Source of the DNA: Zymomonas mobilis subsp. mobilis ATCC 10988
Lineage (GTDB): Bacteria; Pseudomonadota; Alphaproteobacteria; Sphingomonadales; Sphingomonadaceae
Assembly: GCF_000175255.2 (NCBI RefSeq)
Contig: NC_017262.1
Span: forward strand, 1-32,000
Length of the DNA: 32,000 nucleotides
Direction of reading: 5' to 3'
Positions within the stretch are counted from its first letter, which is position 1. Each line of letters opens with the position of its first letter. A program made the translations under genes and the position numbers. Shown here in pieces: positions 26,834-32,000 of this stretch. Under the pieces are notes generated by a model. It was not told where the DNA came from and made no database searches. It saw only the letters and a program-made list of their open reading frames with translations.

Positions 26834-27610
26834 TTAACATAAGCGAAATTGTTCGCGCGCAATCCGGTCATCCAAAGCATGATTAGGATCAAAGAGAAGA
26901 TGAAGCGGCGTTGTCCGGTCAAGCGTGATTGTTACATTGGCAATTTCGCGTAATTCGCGCTGATCTGCGACAGCACTCATCGGCCTTTTGTCGGGGTCAA
27001 CCACACGCATATCAATGATAGAACCATCCGGCACAATCGCGCCACGCCACCGCCTTGGGCGGAAAGGACTAATCGGGGTTAAAGCCAGCATACCGGAATC
27101 AAAAGGCAAAATCGGACCATCAGCAGACAGATTATAAGCCGTCGATCCCGCAGGGGTCGCAACCAAAACACCATCTGAAACCAATTCAGGCAAAACAATC
27201 CGGCCATCGACGCTGATTTCCAGATGCGCTGTCTGACGGGTTTCCCGCAACATAGATACTTCGTTGATTGCTCTATATATTTTTTGCTCGCCGGAAACCG
27301 TCTGGCCGTCCATCCGCAAAGGATAAACGGTAAATTGTTTGGCTCTTATCAGCCGCCTAAGAAGATTGGATGGCCGCCATTCATTCATCAGAAAACCGAC
27401 CGTTCCCAAATTCATCCCGAAAACTGGCAGATTAAAGCTATTATCCAGAAGATGATGCAGCGTTTGCAGCATGAAACCATCACCGCCCAAGGCGATAATG
27501 ACATCAGCTTCTTCCAACGGATACCATTGGTATAATTTCTTCAGCTCTTCTGCGGCTTTTTGTGCCTTCGGGGTCGGGGAGGCAATAAGGGTCATTCTGT
27601 TGAATTTCAT
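26834..27610 (-). CDS. nadK: NAD kinase
   Basis: Motifs GGDGFML, INEV and VATPAGSTAYNLSADGPI. Length is 258 aa. Confidence 0.95.
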   Translation of the reverse strand: MKFNRMTLIASPTPKAQKAAEELKKLYQWYPLEEADVIIALGGDGFMLQTLHHLLDNSFNLPVFGMNLGTVGFLMNEWRPSNLLRRLIRAKQFTVYPLRMDGQTVSGEQKIYRAINEVSMLRETRQTAHLEISVDGRIVLPELVSDGVLVATPAGSTAYNLSADGPILPFDSGMLALTPISPFRPRRWRGAIVPDGSIIDMRVVDPDKRPMSAVADQRELREIANVTITLDRTTPLHLLFDPNHALDDRIAREQFRLC

Positions 27611-27662
27611 AGCTGATCTTTTCCTGCCCTTAACGGAAATGGCAATGTCCTGATAAATCCAT

Positions 27663-28469
27663 TTAGCGGCTTTTTCGCTGCTGATTTAAGACTTCATAGG
27701 CCATAATGGCGCCCGCTACGGCAACGTTCAGGCTATCCGCACGCCCCATCATCGGAATTTTAACCAGATGGTCGCAGGCATCTTCATAAGAATCCGGTAA
27801 ACCTTGGGCTTCATTCCCGACCAGAACAAAGCTGGGCGTTTGATAACGGGGTTCCTGATAATCTTGGGTTGCCCGCAAACTGGTGCCGATCAGATCACCT
27901 TCTCCCTGTCGTAACCATACAAGGAAATCTTCCCAACGGGCGGTGGCTATTTTCTGGGTAAACAACGCTCCCATCGTGGCGCGGACAGCTTCAACAGAAA
28001 AAGGATCAACACAGTCGTCAATCAAGATCAAGCCACCCGCACCGACCGCATCACCGGTGCGTAACAAGGTGCCAAGATTCCCCGGATCTCTCAACGATTG
28101 AGCCACTAACCAGATCGGAGCCTGTCTGCGGTCAATAGAGGACAAAGGAAGGGTAAAACTCTCAAAAACCCCGATAACGGTCTGGGGATTATCTTTGCCG
28201 GATAATTTATGCAAAATATCACGGCTGGTTTCGATGGCTTCGCCCCCGTTATCTTCGACAGCTTCGATCAATTGCTGAACCAAAGGATGCGCGGCACTAT
28301 CAGCCGCAAAGAAAATATAGACCGGAATAAAACCCGCTTCACGGGCTTCGGTCAGAATGCGTAAGCCTTCAGCTAGGAACAGTCCCTCTTCGCGGCGATG
28401 TTTTTTATCGCGCAAGGAACGAACACGTTTGATAAGCGGATTGGAAAAGGCGGTAATAGCTCTAGGCAT
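27663..28469 (-). CDS. TrmH/SpoU family RNA 2'-O-methyltransferase
   Basis: N-terminal SpoU substrate-binding-like region, plus the SPOUT motifs LRDPGNLGTLLRTGDAVGA, LVGNEAQGL and IPMMGRADSLNVAVAGAIMAYE. Confidence 0.9.
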   Translation of the reverse strand: MPRAITAFSNPLIKRVRSLRDKKHRREEGLFLAEGLRILTEAREAGFIPVYIFFAADSAAHPLVQQLIEAVEDNGGEAIETSRDILHKLSGKDNPQTVIGVFESFTLPLSSIDRRQAPIWLVAQSLRDPGNLGTLLRTGDAVGAGGLILIDDCVDPFSVEAVRATMGALFTQKIATARWEDFLVWLRQGEGDLIGTSLRATQDYQEPRYQTPSFVLVGNEAQGLPDSYEDACDHLVKIPMMGRADSLNVAVAGAIMAYEVLNQQRKSR

Positions 28470-28486
28470 GAAAAAACAGATAGTCC

Positions 28487-28759
28487 TTATTCTTCGCCGA
28501 ATTTTTGTTCAACCAGATCGGCCAAGGCACTGACAGCCCGTTCGGCACCGACACCTGACGCATAAATGGTCACATAATCACCAATAGCGGCCCCTAACAT
28601 CATCAGCCCCATAATCGAGGTGCCAACGACTTTATTGCCGTCTTTTTCAACTTCAATCACGGCTGACTGGGCAGAGGCCAAAGCCACGAAACGGGCGCTT
28701 GCACGGGCATGAAGACCGCGTTTATTCGTAATCTGCACTTTTCGGATAATAGGGGTCAT
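28487..28759 (-). CDS. HPr/NPr phosphocarrier protein
   Basis: 90 aa. The active-site His context is NKRGLHARASARF and the regulatory Ser context is VVGTSIMGLMMLGA. The ATG overlaps the EIIA stop by 4 nt (ATGA). Confidence 0.93.
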   Translation of the reverse strand: MTPIIRKVQITNKRGLHARASARFVALASAQSAVIEVEKDGNKVVGTSIMGLMMLGAAIGDYVTIYASGVGAERAVSALADLVEQKFGEE

Positions 28760-29160
28760 AATGATTCGCCTAATATTTCAGAAGCCACTGATATATATTT
28801 TCGTCCAGCCTCGCGGGCAGCTGCAACTGCCGCTTGAACGTCTTGTTGTCTGCGGGCGCGTTCCAGCCTGATAAGCATCGGTAAATTGATACCGGCAATC
28901 ACTTCGATTTTACCCGGTTGCATCAATGAAATCGCCAGATTTGAAGGCGTTCCACCGAATAAATCGGTTAACAGAATAACACCGTCACCATTTTCGACCT
29001 CGGCAATAGCCTTGGCGATGTCGGCACGCCGGTTTTCCATATCATCATCGGGGCCGATACAAATCGCGGCAACCGCTTCTTGTTTTCCAACGACATGCTC
29101 CATGGCTGTGACAAACTCTGCCGCCAGCCCCCCATGCGTTACTAACACCAATCCAATCAT
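28756..29160 (-). CDS. PTS EIIA component, mannose/fructose/sorbose family (soluble, no EIIB/C/D partner nearby)
   Basis: 134 aa. The N-terminus is MIGLVLVTHGGLAAEF, containing the phospho-His, and the LLTDLFGGTPSN block is present. Confidence 0.9.
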   Translation of the reverse strand: MIGLVLVTHGGLAAEFVTAMEHVVGKQEAVAAICIGPDDDMENRRADIAKAIAEVENGDGVILLTDLFGGTPSNLAISLMQPGKIEVIAGINLPMLIRLERARRQQDVQAAVAAAREAGRKYISVASEILGESL

Positions 29161-29167
29161 GAAGTGA

Positions 29168-30139
29168 TCATCCGCCTTGATATGCCTTTCCTGCCCGTAT
29201 CCGGTTTGATTGCGATTCGAGCAGAGGTAGTTTTAGGTCACGATGGGTAATAGTGAGAGAAAAATGCGCCTGACGCAACCGAGCCGCTATCCACTCCGCA
29301 ACATAAACCGATCTGTGCCGCCCACCTGTGCAAGCAAAAGCAATAACAATATAGCTTTTTCCTGTATCTATATAGCGTGGTAACAAAAAAAGAAGCAGAT
29401 CTTTAATTTTTGTAACCGCCGGTAAAAAAGAGGGGTCTTGCTCAATATAGTCGGCAATCTCTGGATCAAGTCCGGTCAAAGGCCGCAAAGCCTCTTCCCA
29501 ATAAGGATTTTGAAGAAAGCGCATATCGAAAAGAAGGTCGCAATTTCTGGGAATACCGCGCGAAAAACCGAAAGACAAAATCGACACATTCGGGGCAACA
29601 CTGTTTTCCGGTGCGAATTGCTGTCTTAATTCGCTTTGCAAGCTGTGGCTGCTGGTCGTGGTGGTATCAATGAGAAAATCGGCAATTTCTCTGACAGGTG
29701 CTAAAAATGCCCGTTCTTCGGAAATGCCATCTTCCATCGGTCGATCAAGGGCTAAAGGATGCCGCCGCCTGGTTGTATCAAAGCGCCGCATTAACTCGCT
29801 GTCAGAACAATCGAGGAAAAGAATATCAATTGGCTGGCTATGATGCTGGCGAAGCTGCTCAACCCCTTTTAGAAAAGCGTCAACGGTAAAACCTCGGGTG
29901 CGGCTATCAATACCCAAAGCCAAAGGCCGCCCTTTATAGGCCGCGACCGATGACGGCGGCGTAAGAATTAACCGCTCCAACAGGGAGAGCGGCAAATTAT
30001 CGACGGTTTCCCATCCCATATCTTCAAAAGTGCGAAGCGCTGTTGATTTTCCGGCACCCGATAATCCGGTTACCAATAAAATACGCGCAGGCGGAGCCGC
30101 AGAAGACGAGGGGGCAGAAGACAAATCATTCCGGCTCAT
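29168..30139 (-). CDS. rapZ: RNase adapter / NTPase RapZ (YhbJ family)
   Basis: Walker A LVTGLSGAGKSTALRTFEDMGWETVDNLP, Walker B-like ILFLDC, and the C-terminal domain motif FACTGGRHRSVYVAEW. Confidence 0.95.
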   Translation of the reverse strand: MSRNDLSSAPSSSAAPPARILLVTGLSGAGKSTALRTFEDMGWETVDNLPLSLLERLILTPPSSVAAYKGRPLALGIDSRTRGFTVDAFLKGVEQLRQHHSQPIDILFLDCSDSELMRRFDTTRRRHPLALDRPMEDGISEERAFLAPVREIADFLIDTTTTSSHSLQSELRQQFAPENSVAPNVSILSFGFSRGIPRNCDLLFDMRFLQNPYWEEALRPLTGLDPEIADYIEQDPSFLPAVTKIKDLLLFLLPRYIDTGKSYIVIAFACTGGRHRSVYVAEWIAARLRQAHFSLTITHRDLKLPLLESQSNRIRAGKAYQGG

Positions 30140-30161
30140 AGGTAAGATATCCTCTTCAATC

Positions 30162-30653
30162 TCAATCTTTTAGCAGAATATCTCCCTGTAAACACGCTAT
30201 TTTCATTTCAATTTTTATCGGTGTCGAAGCCTCAAAAGCCTTAAGCGTTAAAAGCGGCAAAGCCCGCCCTAAAATTTCTACAGAATCGGCAGGATCAGGC
30301 ATCCGCTCAACGCTGTCATCCAAAATGACAGCCAAGGCCAGATTCGCCTTAGGCGAAAAGGGCATCTTGACAATCCCCACACCTCTTATTTCTAACAAAC
30401 CTGCAATATGAGAAGGCGGAGAGGCAACCAAAAGCCGTTTTTCGGGATCATCTTCTATCAAGCTGTAATCATCACTGACCAGAATGGCTCCGCGATCTAT
30501 CAGGCGCAAAGCAAGGTCGGACTTCCCGCTACCAGACGCACCGATCAAAAGAACGCCGTGATTTTTGATGAATATCGTCGTTGCATGAATCAAGGCCGAT
30601 GATTCGTTTGAACCATCGGCCTTGCGGGTATTTTCAATAGTTACAGAAGACAT
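30162..30653 (-). CDS. hprK: HPr kinase/phosphorylase, short alphaproteobacterial form (C-terminal catalytic domain only)
   Basis: 163 aa. The P-loop is GVLLIGASGSGKSD and the HprK signature is GLLEIRGVGIV. There is no N-terminal domain. Confidence 0.93.
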   Translation of the reverse strand: MSSVTIENTRKADGSNESSALIHATTIFIKNHGVLLIGASGSGKSDLALRLIDRGAILVSDDYSLIEDDPEKRLLVASPPSHIAGLLEIRGVGIVKMPFSPKANLALAVILDDSVERMPDPADSVEILGRALPLLTLKAFEASTPIKIEMKIACLQGDILLKD

Positions 30654-30795
30654 CTCAATTAGAACGCTTTAGCCCATGACATTACAAAGATAATCACAGT
30701 CAAAAGCGATAAGAAATAGATATTCCAAAATCACCTTTTTCGGTGGAAATTTTCATCCATTTCGCTTGGAATGTCAGAGCTATTTTATCCATTCT

Positions 30796-32000
30796 CTAGG
30801 CTTTTTTACCATTTTGGGTCGGATGAATGATCGGAGCGGCGGGAAGATGGACAATAAAGCTAGCACCGGCTTTTCCATGCGACCGCTTGGCGACCTCAAT
30901 CGTGCCGTGATGGGCTTCAACCGTCGCTTTCGCAATCGCCAATCCCAAACCACTATGGCGACCAAAGGCTTCCTGACTGGGGCGGACAGAATGGAATCGC
31001 CGGAAAATTTCTTCCTTGGCATCATCCGGCACGCCGGGGCCTTCATCTTCTACTCTGATGACAACATCATCTTTGTCGCGGGTTGTGGTAATCGTTACCA
31101 AACCATCCGGCGGCGAAAATGAAATCGCGTTATCGATCAGATTTTCAACAACCCGCGTCAATCTCGTGCCATCGCCCAAAACCACGGCAATACCGGATTG
31201 CGGGCGGGCAAAAGCAATACGGACATCGGCTGCATCAGGCCGCCTCTCGCAATGCTTGGTGACACCTTGAATTAACGGGCCTAAATCAATGACTTCAAAG
31301 CTGGAACGCGCCATTTCTGCGTCAACACGCGAAGCCTCTGAAATATCGGTAATCAGGCGATCTAACCGCTGAATATCGTCACGAATGACGCCGATCAATT
31401 GCTGCCGCAAATGATCGTCTTTTATCATTTCCAGACTATCGACCGCCGACCGTAACGAAGCCAACGGATTTTTCAGCTCATGCGTTACATCAGCAGCAAA
31501 AGCCTCTGTCGCATCAATCCGCTGTTGCAAGGCGGTATTCATATCAGACAGCGATCTCGCCAATAGACCAATTTCATCACGGCGCGCGGGCAGGCGAGGG
31601 ACTTTAACCTCTCTTGCCTGTCCTAAACGGACGCGTACCGCTGCTTTGGCAAGGCTTTTCAATGGGTGAACAATTGTTCGCGCCAAAAATAAAGACAATC
31701 CGACAGAAACACAGGTAACGACCAATAAAACGATCATTGCCCAAAAACGCTGCCGTCTGACCTTATGGGTAATATAACGCGGGTTATCCGTTGCAAATAA
31801 GGTAGCGCCATCTTTCCCGATAGGGGTCGCGATTGAAATCAACGGTGTCCGATCCGCCGCCCATCTTATCTGCGCTGCCATTTCATTCTGGCTACGGGCA
31901 GTCACCGCTTCCGGCCATGCTTGCAGCCGGTCATCTTTCGGTTCCTGATAATAACTTAACGGGCTGGCATGGACGACAATATCATTGATCCGATCCAATG
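30796..32000 (-). CDS. ChvG/ExoS/BvrS-like sensor histidine kinase (N-terminus outside the window)
   Basis: The ORF runs off the window end. It has a TM helix plus HAMP domain, the H-box THELKNPLASL, the N-box NLIDNAISFS and G-boxes DEGPGV and GLGLAIAK. Its position directly upstream of hprK matches the alphaproteobacterial chvIG-hprK synteny. Confidence 0.9.
   Translation of the reverse strand, partial: LDRINDIVVHASPLSYYQEPKDDRLQAWPEAVTARSQNEMAAQIRWAADRTPLISIATPIGKDGATLFATDNPRYITHKVRRQRFWAMIVLLVVTCVSVGLSLFLARTIVHPLKSLAKAAVRVRLGQAREVKVPRLPARRDEIGLLARSLSDMNTALQQRIDATEAFAADVTHELKNPLASLRSAVDSLEMIKDDHLRQQLIGVIRDDIQRLDRLITDISEASRVDAEMARSSFEVIDLGPLIQGVTKHCERRPDAADVRIAFARPQSGIAVVLGDGTRLTRVVENLIDNAISFSPPDGLVTITTTRDKDDVVIRVEDEGPGVPDDAKEEIFRRFHSVRPSQEAFGRHSGLGLAIAKATVEAHHGTIEVAKRSHGKAGASFIVHLPAAPIIHPTQNGKKA

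Overview
This window is a core chromosomal region of an alphaproteobacterium. Gene content, roughly mid-40s percent GC and the dnaA-first layout resemble Zymomonas mobilis or a close Sphingomonadales relative; that is recognition-based inference and I could not verify it. I call 27 protein genes and one tRNA-Asn. On the + strand: dnaA, an ABC-F ATPase, an OmpA-family outer-membrane protein, a UPF0303 protein, a BI-1/YccA protein, methionine aminopeptidase, a threonine-aldolase-like PLP enzyme, an EamA transporter, aminopeptidase N, a YpfJ metallopeptidase, an MFS transporter, a LysE exporter and a LysR regulator. On the - strand: a CinA-like protein plus a Tat-signal dienelactone-hydrolase-fold protein, an aldo/keto reductase, tRNA-Asn, pirin, WrbA, YceI, a 937-aa MscS-family channel, and a tightly packed cluster running chvG-like kinase (cut by the window end), hprK, rapZ, EIIA(Man), HPr, a TrmH-family methyltransferase and nadK. 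I see no transposase, integrase, CRISPR array, defence island or toxin-antitoxin pair, and no convincing novel multi-gene system. The items most worth a second look are modest. (1) A perfect 8-bp x 9 tandem repeat lies in the 640-bp gap downstream of tRNA-Asn. (2) An orphan minus-strand intrinsic terminator bounds about 300 nt of unassigned sequence in a 727-bp AT-rich intergenic region, which may encode an sRNA. (3) The exported DLH-fold protein has Gly where the nucleophile Cys should be. (4) The permease-less regulatory PTS cluster has rapZ inserted between hprK and EIIA(Man). (5) Several palindromes and hairpins sit in long leaders. ORF-track starts using TTG or GTG were moved to downstream ATGs where Shine-Dalgarno (SD) spacing supports that. 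All such starts are inferences.
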